Notes under the pieces: model-generated
The model's database searches: none
The model's input: only the letters and a program-made list of their open reading frames with translations
Told to the model about the DNA's origin: nothing
Part shown: one piece after another, positions 9,233 through 18,693 of the stretch
Layout: each line of letters opens with the position of its first letter
How positions within the stretch are numbered: the first letter of the stretch is position 1
IMG/VR virus record: IMGVR_UViG_3300050132_000084
Location: 1-64,000 of that record
DNA: 64,000 nt
Source: a virus
Reading direction: 5' to 3' (one strand)
Made by a program: the position numbers and the translations under genes

Positions 9233-10234
9233 ATGGCAGCAAACATTCCGGCATCAGTAGCAGCATTAGAGCAATATTGCCTTACAAAATTAGGTGCACC
9301 TGTATTGGATATTGCCATTGATCCACAACAATTGGATGATCGTATTGAGGATGCCATGGAGTTCTTCACGGAATTTCATGGTGATGGTGTTGAACGAATT
9401 TATCTGAAACATCAAGTCACTGGTAATACATTAATTGTTAATAATGCAACAGTGTTTAATCAAGTTGAATTGCTTACTGGTTTAACATCAGGGGCATCAG
9501 TCACAGTTAATCATATATTAACAAGTACGACATTGGAAGTGAGTACACCCACACCAATATACAATATTGATGGTGATTTATCAGATGCCACATTAGTGAA
9601 TGGTGGATTTCAGATTGGTGAGACCGTGGTAGGTTCTATAACAGGTCATACAGCCGTTGTATCAGAATGGACTACTGGTGACATCGACAATGGTTATATC
9701 ACGTGTGATCCGTCTGTACGCAACGTGATAGGCATTCTACCGATCAGTGCATCAACGTCAACCAACAGTGTGTTTGATATTCGATATCAATTAAGATTAT
9801 CTGATTTATATTCATTACAGTCTGCATCGATTATTCAATATGAACAGATTCAATACCATTTGGCATTGATTGATACATTATTCGTGGGAACACAGAATTT
9901 CAGATTTAATCGTCAACAAAGCACGATTTATATTGATATGGATTGGCCCAACATGGTTGCACCGGGGCAATATATAATTATTGAATGTTATCGCGCACTT
10001 GATCCAACAGTGTACACATCGATATATAATGAAAGGGCATTGAAGCAGCTTGCCACGGCATACATCAAGAAACAATGGGGAACCAACTTGAAATTATTTG
10101 CTGGTGTTGCTTTGATAGGTGGTATTACAGTGAATGGACAACAAATTTATGATGAAGCTGTTCAAGATTGTAAAGAAGCGGAAGAACACATAATTAGTGC
10201 ATATTCATTACCACCAACTTTTATGGTTGGATAG
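9233..10234 (+). CDS. g13: Neck protein, T4 gp13 homologue
   Basis: N-terminus ...LTKLGAPVLDIAIDPQQLDDRIEDAMEFFTEFHGDG matches T4 gp13 ...[36 protein letters not shown]. C-terminus GGITVNGQQIYDEA...PPTFMVG matches GGVTIDGQRLIEEA...PPFGILVG. Confidence 0.9.
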   Translation: MAANIPASVAALEQYCLTKLGAPVLDIAIDPQQLDDRIEDAMEFFTEFHGDGVERIYLKHQVTGNTLIVNNATVFNQVELLTGLTSGASVTVNHILTSTTLEVSTPTPIYNIDGDLSDATLVNGGFQIGETVVGSITGHTAVVSEWTTGDIDNGYITCDPSVRNVIGILPISASTSTNSVFDIRYQLRLSDLYSLQSASIIQYEQIQYHLALIDTLFVGTQNFRFNRQQSTIYIDMDWPNMVAPGQYIIIECYRALDPTVYTSIYNERALKQLATAYIKKQWGTNLKLFAGVALIGGITVNGQQIYDEAVQDCKEAEEHIISAYSLPPTFMVG

Positions 10235-10312
10235 GCGACGTTTCAATTTGTATAAGTATTGGATGTCGCGGAATTCCAGTTCCCACAAAGGATTCAAGTG
10301 CAAAAAATTAGG

Positions 10313-10936
10313 CTAACCTTTATAGTCAACCATAGGATGATTTCGTTCCTTGGTACGTTCAAACATTTCCCACTCATAATCGAATAGATAATTGTGGGAG
10401 TTTCCTTTCAGATTATATTGCTTGTCTGATATTGAGATTTTCACAAATGTTCTGAAGCCCGGTTCTTTGCATTCTGCCACACGATGGACTACAGTTTGAT
10501 CCAACAATAGTAAGGAATTATTAGGAAAAGTGATTATATTTTCCTTTCTTGCTTGTCTTTCCATTTCATACATTGAAATATTGTGATCATCACTAAGATC
10601 AAATTCTTGAACACAAAATTCTGTGGGGACTGAATCATACCAGATATAATTCAAATCTTTTGTACCAAACCCATCACAATGCCAACCGGGACGATTTGAT
10701 GGACAATCTGGACTCACATACATTTTCTTCACTGTGGCATAGATATAGTCCTTATCATCATCATACGTTAACAGATACAAGCGCAAATCTTCCAGAAACT
10801 TTAGGTTAGGTGGAAGTCTGAAATCGAGATTAGGCATCTTGATTGGAAGATACTGATAGAACATCATTTCATCACATTGAAGTGAGAAATTTCCAATATA
10901 TTCTGGTTCTTTACCGTACTTCATAAAACTTCCCAA
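10313..10936 (-). CDS. Putative 2OG-Fe(II) oxygenase-fold protein
   Basis: Has H-x-D (GWHCDG), a distal His (VVHRV) and an Arg (GFRTFVKIS) in the order expected for the 2OG/Fe(II) facial triad plus 2OG-binding Arg. Confidence 0.45.
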   Translation of the reverse strand: MGSFMKYGKEPEYIGNFSLQCDEMMFYQYLPIKMPNLDFRLPPNLKFLEDLRLYLLTYDDDKDYIYATVKKMYVSPDCPSNRPGWHCDGFGTKDLNYIWYDSVPTEFCVQEFDLSDDHNISMYEMERQARKENIITFPNNSLLLLDQTVVHRVAECKEPGFRTFVKISISDKQYNLKGNSHNYLFDYEWEMFERTKERNHPMVDYKG

Positions 10937-11172
10937 TAATCAGCAACGTTATAAACATATTTCCCATCTTTCTTCACTTTGCTGATACGATAGCTAGTTA
11001 CACCAAAACCAATTGGATTGGATATGATTACATCAAGTTTGGTGGTTGGAAACTGGTCAATATTCAATGCACCAGTATCATACAATTCTGCTTTCGTGTA
11101 GAGTCCAAGTCTTGGGAATGTGATCATGATGTCTCCATTAATTTGTTTCGATAAGACATCATACCATACCAT
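10921..11172 (-). CDS. Hypothetical protein
   Basis: Member of the reverse-strand cassette; overlaps the downstream gene by 16 nt. Confidence 0.55.
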   Translation of the reverse strand: MVWYDVLSKQINGDIMITFPRLGLYTKAELYDTGALNIDQFPTTKLDVIISNPIGFGVTSYRISKVKKDGKYVYNVADYWEVL

Positions 11173-11193
11173 TTGTTAGACTGCAAGAACTAT

Positions 11194-11577
11194 TTAAATC
11201 GACAATTTTGGTGCAGCTTCTACTGGATGTTCTTTCATGTACTTCAAGATCGAAGTCACGAAATTCTTTTCAACAGTATCTAATGCTGTTTGGGATTCTT
11301 CTGATAGTTTGACCTTTTTGTAGTCTGTTGGCAATAGTTCAACTGCCATTTTACGACACATTGAAGCATTTTTGAATACTTGTTCATCTGATACACCTAG
11401 ACCTGCATCTAGAATTGAACTTACCCTACCTAATACACAACCGATGAATATACCACCAGTACGTTCTGTCACAACACGTTCATCATACATTGTGTATTGT
11501 TGAACTTGTGGTGCAACTTGTGCAAATAGTGAAGCAGATAACATCATAGTAATCAAAAACGTTGAAACATATTTCAT
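11194..11577 (-). CDS. Secreted/periplasmic hypothetical protein
   Basis: Signal-peptide-like N-terminus MKYVSTFLITMMLSASLFAQVAP. Confidence 0.6.
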   Translation of the reverse strand: MKYVSTFLITMMLSASLFAQVAPQVQQYTMYDERVVTERTGGIFIGCVLGRVSSILDAGLGVSDEQVFKNASMCRKMAVELLPTDYKKVKLSEESQTALDTVEKNFVTSILKYMKEHPVEAAPKLSI

Positions 11578-11614
11578 TGTATTCTCCGGTAGGGTGGTTG
11601 TGTATCACCCCTAC

Positions 11615-11905
11615 TTATAATTCACTACGATCAATAATAACACAACCTGTCCAATAAGTTCCATTATGGGTACTTTTCTTGGTAGCCCACTTTTCTGCCA
11701 CATTCAGGCTGGCGAAGCGTACAGTGGACATGAAGCCACGTTTGAAGTACACGGTGACTTCTGCACTCTTTTCTTCATTTTTACCGAGAGGATCAATCAC
11801 GATTCGTTTCACTCCATGCATACGTCGCGCATATTGATTCAGGATATCAAGATTTTTACCTTCTGCTACCTGTTGGAAGTGCTTGTTAAGAATTTGGACA
11901 GTCAT
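11615..11905 (-). CDS. Hypothetical protein (first gene of reverse-strand cassette)
   Basis: RBS ggaggc precedes the ATG (reverse complement of gcctccgg at 11911-11918). Confidence 0.6.
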   Translation of the reverse strand: MTVQILNKHFQQVAEGKNLDILNQYARRMHGVKRIVIDPLGKNEEKSAEVTVYFKRGFMSTVRFASLNVAEKWATKKSTHNGTYWTGCVIIDRSEL

Positions 11906-11965
11906 GATTGCCTCCGGTTAAGTGAATGCTACATTTTAGTTCAAAGGGAACGATGATACAATGAC

Positions 11966-11994
11966 ATTATACTACCAAAATTCATACATGTCAA
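11966..11994 (-). promoter_or_regulatory. Consensus sigma70-type early promoter on the minus strand (TTGACA-N17-TATAAT)
   Basis: The reverse complement of 11989-11994 is TTGACA and of 11966-11971 is TATAAT, with exactly 17-nt spacing, about 60 nt upstream of the ATG at 11905. Confidence 0.7.
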
Positions 11995-12063
11995 TTACAT
12001 TATCATCGTATTGTTCAAGTGTATCACCATACAATATGCATATTTCCTCCAAGTATTGTAAAT

Positions 12064-12071
12064 GATAAATA
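12064..12071 (+). promoter_or_regulatory. T4-type late promoter motif (GATAAATA)
   Basis: 27 nt upstream of the g14 ATG at 12098. Confidence 0.4.
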
Positions 12072-12097
12072 GTACAACCATTATATCAGGATAGTCC

Positions 12098-12838
12098 ATG
12101 TCTGTAAACAAGTATTTCCAAAGCGGAGTACCAACACAATACACGCCCACTCAGCGAATGTATGAACGATTGATCATTCAGTCCATTCAGGTCAATGGTT
12201 CAAATGTTTATTATATGCCAAGACAATGGGTAGATGTTGATGAAGTATTCACAGAAGATGCATTAGCACAGTTCCCATGGGCAATACAAATTGAAATGTA
12301 TCTGGATAATGCCCAAGGATTTGAGGGAAATGGTTCATTCATGTCAAAGTTTGGTATTGAGATACAAGATACCTGTACCTTTGTTGTAGCCAAGTCACGA
12401 TGGGATAAAGAAGTTGGACGTTCAGGTAATGCTGTATTAACGAATCGCCCAACAGAAGGTGATTTGATTTATTTCCCATTGTCAAGCACGATGTTTGAAA
12501 TAAAGAAAGTAACATCCAATGCACCATTCTATCAATTAGGTAAATTATTCGTCTATAAAATTGATTGTGAAGTATTCCGTTATAGTTCAGAACGGCTTAA
12601 TACAGGCATTCCTGATATTGATAATAATCCATATATGATTAGTCAAGTTGCAGAAGATTATATATTGCTTGAGACTGATGGTACAGGACTATTACTCATG
12701 GATGGAACAAGTTTAACCTTACAAGGATATGATCTAAGTATAACTAGCCCCGGTTCACAAAATGATGTGTTTCAATCTGAAGCAGATGTTGTGATTGACT
12801 GGTCTGAAACTAATCCTTTTGCAGAATTGTCTAGATAA
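12098..12838 (+). CDS. g14: Neck protein, T4 gp14-position homologue
   Basis: Synteny between g13 and g15, and a size (246 aa) close to T4 gp14. No strong motif recalled. Confidence 0.6.
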   Translation: MSVNKYFQSGVPTQYTPTQRMYERLIIQSIQVNGSNVYYMPRQWVDVDEVFTEDALAQFPWAIQIEMYLDNAQGFEGNGSFMSKFGIEIQDTCTFVVAKSRWDKEVGRSGNAVLTNRPTEGDLIYFPLSSTMFEIKKVTSNAPFYQLGKLFVYKIDCEVFRYSSERLNTGIPDIDNNPYMISQVAEDYILLETDGTGLLLMDGTSLTLQGYDLSITSPGSQNDVFQSEADVVIDWSETNPFAELSR

Positions 12839-13596
12839 TGTTAAGTACACAACCATATTATTTTGCTACAACACGTAAGGCAATTTCTGTCTTTGGTTCA
12901 TTATTCAAAGATATTGAAATTGAACGTGTGAATGATACCAATGGTGAAATTACACAAACAATTAAGATTCCACTCAGTTATAGTCCCAAGGAAAAATATA
13001 TCCTACGGGCAATTCAGGAACCAGATATCGATGGCAAGATGGTGGGTGTTGTTCTTCCACGTATGGCATTTGAAATTAAAAATTTAGCATATGACCCATC
13101 ACGGAAACTGAATACCAATACAAGGAATGTCAATTCTTTTAATGGTACAACGTCTGTTCAAAGCAATCCTGTACCATATAACATTGATATTGATCTATAT
13201 GTATATGTGAAGAATCAAGAAGACGGTCTACAAATTATTGAACAGATTGTTCCATTTTTCACTCCACAATTCAATGTGACAGTGAATGCAGTAACTGAAA
13301 TGAACATCACCTATGACTTACCGATCATATTGAAAAATGTTTCATATGAAGATAATTATGATGGTGCTTATACTGAACGTAGGGAAATCATTTGGACATT
13401 ATCATTCACCTTAGAATTGAATTACTATGGAAGTATTGATACCACAGGAAATGGCATCATTAAGAATGCTATCGTAAATTTCTATAGTGATGATGCCATG
13501 ACATTACAAACTGGATCAATAAGTCAAGCTGTGAATCCATCTAGTGCATCGGTAGATGAAGCATATACTATATCCACAGTAATTGAAGGTTTCTGA
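12838..13596 (+). CDS. g15: Tail sheath stabiliser / tail completion protein, T4 gp15 homologue
   Basis: YYFATTRKAISVFGSLFKDIEIER...IKIPLSYSPKEKY parallels T4 gp15 YFYNSSFRRYATLMGDLFSNIQIKR...IRVPITYASKEHF. Also IIEQIVPFFTPQFNVT matches IVEQILPYFQPHFNTT. Confidence 0.88.
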   Translation: MLSTQPYYFATTRKAISVFGSLFKDIEIERVNDTNGEITQTIKIPLSYSPKEKYILRAIQEPDIDGKMVGVVLPRMAFEIKNLAYDPSRKLNTNTRNVNSFNGTTSVQSNPVPYNIDIDLYVYVKNQEDGLQIIEQIVPFFTPQFNVTVNAVTEMNITYDLPIILKNVSYEDNYDGAYTERREIIWTLSFTLELNYYGSIDTTGNGIIKNAIVNFYSDDAMTLQTGSISQAVNPSSASVDEAYTISTVIEGF

Positions 13597-14096
13597 TGGA
13601 AAATAGTGGTGACAAATATATTCCAAAGATGACTGCACCTTCATCTTATACTGAATTGAATGCAACATTCGGGATTGATGGTGCACTGATAGAACAGGAA
13701 CCACAACCACCAAGGGTATATCCTGTAGTAGATTCATCTGAACATCCTGTAACACAAAAGGAACGTGATGATGATTTCGCCACTGTTCGTGCCACTTTAC
13801 ATAGAATATTACAGAAAGCAGAGAATAATTTAGATGATTTATCCATTGTAGCAAAAGGTTCAGAACATCCACGATCATATGAAGTGGTGTCAACATTAAT
13901 AAACACCATAACAGATATCACAGTAAAGATCGTGGAAGTACATGAGAAGAAAGCTAAATTGGATTTGGGAAAAACTGAATCACCTATTGGAAATATTGAA
14001 CAACAGAACAATATTGTTTTCACTGGTTCAACTGCTGAGTTATTGGATTCGTTAAAGCGTAGTAAAGAAAAAGTTATTGATAATGGCGACAACTAA
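13596..14096 (+). CDS. g16: Terminase small subunit, T4 gp16 homologue
   Basis: DDDFATVRATL...SEHPRSYEVVSTL...NIVFTGSTAELLD parallels T4 gp16 EDDYGVVRRNM...ADSPRHMEVFATL...NATVFMGSPTELMD. Confidence 0.8.
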   Translation: MENSGDKYIPKMTAPSSYTELNATFGIDGALIEQEPQPPRVYPVVDSSEHPVTQKERDDDFATVRATLHRILQKAENNLDDLSIVAKGSEHPRSYEVVSTLINTITDITVKIVEVHEKKAKLDLGKTESPIGNIEQQNNIVFTGSTAELLDSLKRSKEKVIDNGDN

Positions 14097-15792
14097 AAAG
14101 GCACGAACACAAAAAATTGGTTATCGTGGTAACATAAATCTTAAACCTCTAGGATATGTACACCAGCTAACAGCCTTTGAAGCATCAGAATATGCTAAAT
14201 GCGCAAGTGATCCAATATATTTCATTGAAACTTATGTAAAAATCACCACGTTAGATCATGGTATTCAACCATTTACTTTATACCCATATCAAAAGAAATT
14301 AATACTTGCTATCCACAATAGTCGTAAGGTTATAGCTAAAGTTGGTCGTCAATTAGGCAAAACTCAGGTATCCGCTGCTTATATATTATGGTATACACTC
14401 TTTCAAAGTGTGATGACCGTTTCAATTCTGGCAAACAAACTATCGGCAGCACGTGAAATTCTTCGACGTTATCAAGATATGTTTCAATCCATTCCACTAT
14501 GGATGCAGCAAGGTATTGTAGATTGGAATAAAGGTAATATCACACTAGAAAATGGTTCCATGATATTCACAAGTGCTACATCACGTGATGGTACTCGTGG
14601 ACGTTCAGTAAACCTTATCTATGTTGATGAAGTTGCTATCATTCCAAATTTGGTTGCTGAAGAATTCTTCACAGCGATTTATCCAACTATATCTTCAGGA
14701 ACGTCAACTAAACTTCTATTAACATCTACTCCACTTGGATATAATTCTTTTTGGAAACATTGGGATGAAGCAGTCAAAAGTATTAATGGATTTTTGCCAA
14801 TTGAAGTTCATTATTCAGAAATTCCCGGACGTGATGCAGCATGGGCCGCACAACAATTACAATTATTAGGTGAACTAAAATTCACCCAAGAAGTTTTATG
14901 TGAATTCCTTGGTTCTAGCTTAACCTTGGTTCGTGGTGATGTAATTTCTAAGATGATTCGCCATGCATTTGAATATTCCAAGGATAATCTTGATATTGGC
15001 GTACCACCAATAAAAAATCATTCATATGTCATTGTGGCCGATACATCACGTGGGGTTGGTGGTGATTATTCTGCATTCACTGTTATGGATGTAACAGAAA
15101 TCCCATATAAGATGGTTGCAAAATACAAAAACAACAAGATTTCTCCATTATTGTATCCATCTGTCATTCATCGTGTAGCTAAAGATTACAATGATGCACT
15201 TATATTAGTAGAGATTAATGACATTGGTGGGCAGGTTGCTGATGTTCTATACCAAGACTATGAATACGAAAATATAGTGTTCGTCACCAAAGAAAAGGGT
15301 GGACAGAAGATTTCAGCAGGATTCACAGGAAATTCTCAAGCTGGTGTTAGAACTGACAAATTGGTTAAACGTGTTGGTTGTTCCACACTTAAAACATTAA
15401 TAGAAGAAAATAAATTATTAGTTCACGATTCAGATATTATTTCGGAGTTTGCTACATTTACTGAAACTAAAACTGGTTTCTTTGCTGCTGATGGTGGATA
15501 TCACGATGATCTAGTGATGACATTAGTATTGTTTTCATGGATGACCACTCAGGCATATTTCAAGGATTTAACTAATAATGATCTACGGAAATCTTTATTT
15601 GAATCACAGATAAATAACATAGAGCAAGAATTAACACCATTTGGAATTGTAGAGAATGGTATAGCACCAGAAAAAACATATGAAGTAATACAAGGGGAAA
15701 TGTGGGAAGTGGCCGATGCTCCACCAAAATTCGAAGATTTTGGTCGTATTATTCAAAAAGAACGAGAAAACGCCAAAGACTGGAATTGGTAA
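14083..15792 (+). CDS. g17: Terminase large subunit, T4 gp17 homologue
   Basis: Walker A KVGRQLGKTQ (T4: SRQLGKTT), Walker B LIYVDEVA and a C-terminal nuclease region. ATG at 14083 overlaps the g16 end; the track start at 14077 is TTG. Confidence 0.95.
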   Translation: MATTKKARTQKIGYRGNINLKPLGYVHQLTAFEASEYAKCASDPIYFIETYVKITTLDHGIQPFTLYPYQKKLILAIHNSRKVIAKVGRQLGKTQVSAAYILWYTLFQSVMTVSILANKLSAAREILRRYQDMFQSIPLWMQQGIVDWNKGNITLENGSMIFTSATSRDGTRGRSVNLIYVDEVAIIPNLVAEEFFTAIYPTISSGTSTKLLLTSTPLGYNSFWKHWDEAVKSINGFLPIEVHYSEIPGRDAAWAAQQLQLLGELKFTQEVLCEFLGSSLTLVRGDVISKMIRHAFEYSKDNLDIGVPPIKNHSYVIVADTSRGVGGDYSAFTVMDVTEIPYKMVAKYKNNKISPLLYPSVIHRVAKDYNDALILVEINDIGGQVADVLYQDYEYENIVFVTKEKGGQKISAGFTGNSQAGVRTDKLVKRVGCSTLKTLIEENKLLVHDSDIISEFATFTETKTGFFAADGGYHDDLVMTLVLFSWMTTQAYFKDLTNNDLRKSLFESQINNIEQELTPFGIVENGIAPEKTYEVIQGEMWEVADAPPKFEDFGRIIQKERENAKDWNW

Positions 15793-15915
15793 TAGTTTCT
15801 ATAATGTAACTATTATCGAAGTTTAATTTTTTATAAGTATATAAGAATTAAAATAATTTTAGCCGGTCTTTGTGAAGCATTGATCAATTTGTAACAAAAT
15901 ATAAGGAAATAAAAT

Positions 15916-18018
15916 ATGTCTAGTTTTAGTTTATCACCAGCAGTAACCGTACAAGAAATTGATGCTACTTCATACATTCCAGCAGTATCTACTTCAACTG
16001 GTGCGTTTGCTGGAACATTTCAGTGGGGGCCAGTTCTACAAATTGTAAATTGTGCAAGTCCTTCTGATCTATTAACCAATTTCTATCAACCAAACAACAA
16101 TACTGCTGTATCATATTTCACAGCAGAAAACTATTTACAATATAGTGCAAACCTAAACGTTGTTCGTAATGTCGGTGCGGGTGCATTGAATGCTACTGAA
16201 TCAGGTACAGGTGTGTTGATTTCTAATCTAAACACATATACCAACTCATATTCAAACAATGTTACTACATGGGGTGGCTTTGCTGCAAAATATCCGGGTG
16301 CTTTAGGTAATGCATTACGTGTTTCACTATGTGACAATAAGAATTTTAAACAAACGCTGACTGGTACAATTTCAGCATTCCCTGCTGTCACTTTGACAGG
16401 AACCATCACAACCAACAGTGCAACAACTGCATTGACTGGTTCTGGCACAAATTTCACAGGTCAATTGACTGCTGGTGCTACTGTTAGCTATAATGGTGTT
16501 GTTCTAGGCACAATTGCCTCAGTTACTAATGCTACTGCTGCTGTTCTAACCGGCAATGCATCATCTACCCAAGCTGGTGTCACTGCAACCACTTCAGGTT
16601 CAGTAAACGTTATTGGTGCTAGTACAGCTTTCACCACTCAATGTTCAGTTGGTTCCATCATTTCCGATAGTTCCGGCAATGTTGTTGGTCGTATTGGTAC
16701 TATTTCTTCAAATAATGCTATCATTTTAACAACTATTGCTGCATATGCTGAAACAAGTGCAACAAACTGTGTGGTAGCATGGGAATTTGCATCATTATTC
16801 TCAGGTGCACCAGCAACATCACCATATGTTGCGAATGAAGGTGGTTCATTGGATGAAGTACACGTTGTTGTGCAAGATACCCTTGGATTATTTTCACCAG
16901 CACCGGGAACAATTCTAAAGACGTATGCATTCTTGTCTGTGGCATCTGATGCATTGAATTCTTCAGGTTCTTCAAATTACTACAAGACAGTCATTAATCG
17001 TTCAGATTTGTATGTTTGGCATATGGCTCACCCAACTTCAGGTACAAATTGGGGTAATACTGGTGCGAATACTACCTATGCTTCATTGACATCAATTCCA
17101 TCATACCAATTCGCTGGTGGTGTATCAAATGACGTTCTAACTGATGCAATTGCTGAAGCAGGATACAACATGTTTGCTAATGCGGATATTGTTGATGTCA
17201 GCTTGATTCCACTAGGCGGTGCTTCACCTACAGTTGCAAACTATGTGATTTCTAATATCACTACAGTTCGTATGGATTGTATGGCATTCGTTTCACCACA
17301 AATGACTGACGTTGTACAAAACGTTGGATTTGAATGTGCTTCAGTTATCGCCACTCGTAATCTATTGCCAGCTACAAGCTATGCAGTGATGGATTCAGGA
17401 TGGAAATATCAGTATGACCGATACAATGACGTTTATCGCTGGATTCCATTGAATGGTGATATTGCTGGTCTATGTGCACAAACCTCTGCAACCAATAATG
17501 ATTGGTGGTCTCCTGCTGGTTACAATCGTGGACAGATCAAGAATTGCGTTAAGTTGGCATATTCTCCAAATATCAATGATCGTAACCTATTGTTCCCATT
17601 GGGTATTAATCCAGTGATTACACAGAAAGCACAGGGAACATTCTTGTTTGGTGATAAGACACTTCTTTCACGCCCATCAGTGTTTGATGCAATTGGTGTT
17701 CGTCGTTTGTTCATCTTGCTAGAAAAATCTATTGCTACTGCTGCGAAATATCAGTTGTTCGAATTCAATGATGCACCTACACGTGCTAATTTCTTGGGTG
17801 CAGTGAATCCATTCCTACGAATTGTTCAGGGTGGTCGTGGTATTGTTGTTTTCAGTGCAGTTTGTGATAAGACCAATAACACTCCTGCTGTTATTAACTC
17901 AAATCAATTCGTTGCATCAATATTCATTCAGCCTAATTTGTCAATTCGCGGTATTACACTGTCATTCGTGGCAACTCCTGCTGGCGTAGCCTTCACAGAA
18001 TTTGTGTCTGACTTGTAA
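15916..18018 (+). CDS. g18: Contractile tail sheath, T4 gp18 homologue, with a repeat-module insertion domain
   Basis: N-terminus SPAVTVQEID...GAFAGTFQWGP matches T4 SPGIELKETT...AALAGKFQWGP. C-terminus YQYDRYNDVYRWIPLNGDIAGLCA...WWSPAGYNRGQIKN...FVASIFIQP...ITLSFVAT is close to T4. Confidence 0.95.
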   Translation: MSSFSLSPAVTVQEIDATSYIPAVSTSTGAFAGTFQWGPVLQIVNCASPSDLLTNFYQPNNNTAVSYFTAENYLQYSANLNVVRNVGAGALNATESGTGVLISNLNTYTNSYSNNVTTWGGFAAKYPGALGNALRVSLCDNKNFKQTLTGTISAFPAVTLTGTITTNSATTALTGSGTNFTGQLTAGATVSYNGVVLGTIASVTNATAAVLTGNASSTQAGVTATTSGSVNVIGASTAFTTQCSVGSIISDSSGNVVGRIGTISSNNAIILTTIAAYAETSATNCVVAWEFASLFSGAPATSPYVANEGGSLDEVHVVVQDTLGLFSPAPGTILKTYAFLSVASDALNSSGSSNYYKTVINRSDLYVWHMAHPTSGTNWGNTGANTTYASLTSIPSYQFAGGVSNDVLTDAIAEAGYNMFANADIVDVSLIPLGGASPTVANYVISNITTVRMDCMAFVSPQMTDVVQNVGFECASVIATRNLLPATSYAVMDSGWKYQYDRYNDVYRWIPLNGDIAGLCAQTSATNNDWWSPAGYNRGQIKNCVKLAYSPNINDRNLLFPLGINPVITQKAQGTFLFGDKTLLSRPSVFDAIGVRRLFILLEKSIATAAKYQLFEFNDAPTRANFLGAVNPFLRIVQGGRGIVVFSAVCDKTNNTPAVINSNQFVASIFIQPNLSIRGITLSFVATPAGVAFTEFVSDL

Positions 18019-18020
18019 GA

Positions 18021-18050
18021 ATATGGGAGATAACTTCTCCCATATCTTTG
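18021..18050 (+). terminator. Rho-independent terminator-like hairpin after g18
   Basis: Stem atatgggag (18021-18029) pairs with ctcccatat (18037-18045), followed by ctttgg (short U tract). Confidence 0.55.
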
Positions 18051-18058
18051 GATAAATA
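18051..18058 (+). promoter_or_regulatory. T4-type late promoter motif (GATAAATA)
   Basis: 22 nt upstream of the g19 start. Confidence 0.4.
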
Positions 18059-18079
18059 TATCAAATAACATAAGGAAAA

Positions 18080-18688
18080 ATGATGGCTATTGAAACAACC
18101 CCTTTTAATGTAGAACAATTCCGTGCATCACTAGGTGGTGGTGGTGCGCGTAGTAACCAATTCTTGGTTCAACTAACATTCCCACAGTACGTTCAGCAAG
18201 GTACACAAGCTACTGCTGCTGCACCATTTCTAGTGTCTGCTGCTTCACTACCACAATCACAAATTAATCAAGCTATGCTTTATTATCGTGGCCGTGAAGT
18301 GAAACTAGGTGGTGAACGTATATTTGCACCATGGTCAATCACTGTCATTAATGACTTGAATATGACTTTGCGTAGTGCATTTGAAGACTGGCAAAATGGT
18401 ATTAATAATCTTCAGGATAATTCCGGTTATGAAGACCCTACCATGTATTATCAAGACTTCACAGTAACACAATTGGATCGTAATAGTAATCCATTGAAGG
18501 CATACGCCATTCGTGGTGCATTTCCATTGGATGTTGCTCCAATTTCGTTGGATTTTGGTGTTAACGATCAGATTTCTAATTTTAATGTGACATTCGCACT
18601 TCAAGATTTCACCACGATGTTTGATGGTACACCAGATGATGGTTCTTCAAATAACCCTACGAATTCACAAAGCACTATTACTAGTTAA
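18080..18688 (+). CDS. g19: Tail tube protein, T4 gp19 homologue
   Basis: ARSNQFLVQLTFP...SLPQSQI...W(S)ITVINDLNM..R.AFEDWQ...NFNVTFALQDF parallels T4 gp19 ARPNLFQVEISY...ALPAGIV...WTVTVMNDEAH...FVDWQ...TFEVTLALDYW. Confidence 0.9.
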   Translation: MMAIETTPFNVEQFRASLGGGGARSNQFLVQLTFPQYVQQGTQATAAAPFLVSAASLPQSQINQAMLYYRGREVKLGGERIFAPWSITVINDLNMTLRSAFEDWQNGINNLQDNSGYEDPTMYYQDFTVTQLDRNSNPLKAYAIRGAFPLDVAPISLDFGVNDQISNFNVTFALQDFTTMFDGTPDDGSSNNPTNSQSTITS

Positions 18689-18693
18689 TTCTG

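Noticed and set aside
10237-10312. Hairpin gcgac...gtcgc between convergent g13 and ORF 10313 as a bidirectional terminator
   Set aside because: The stem is only 5-6 bp with a large loop and has no flanking U/A tracts.
13516-14092. Antisense ORFs 13516..13896 and 13646..14092 opposite g15/g16
   Set aside because: They overlap genes with clear T4 homology on the + strand and have no independent support.
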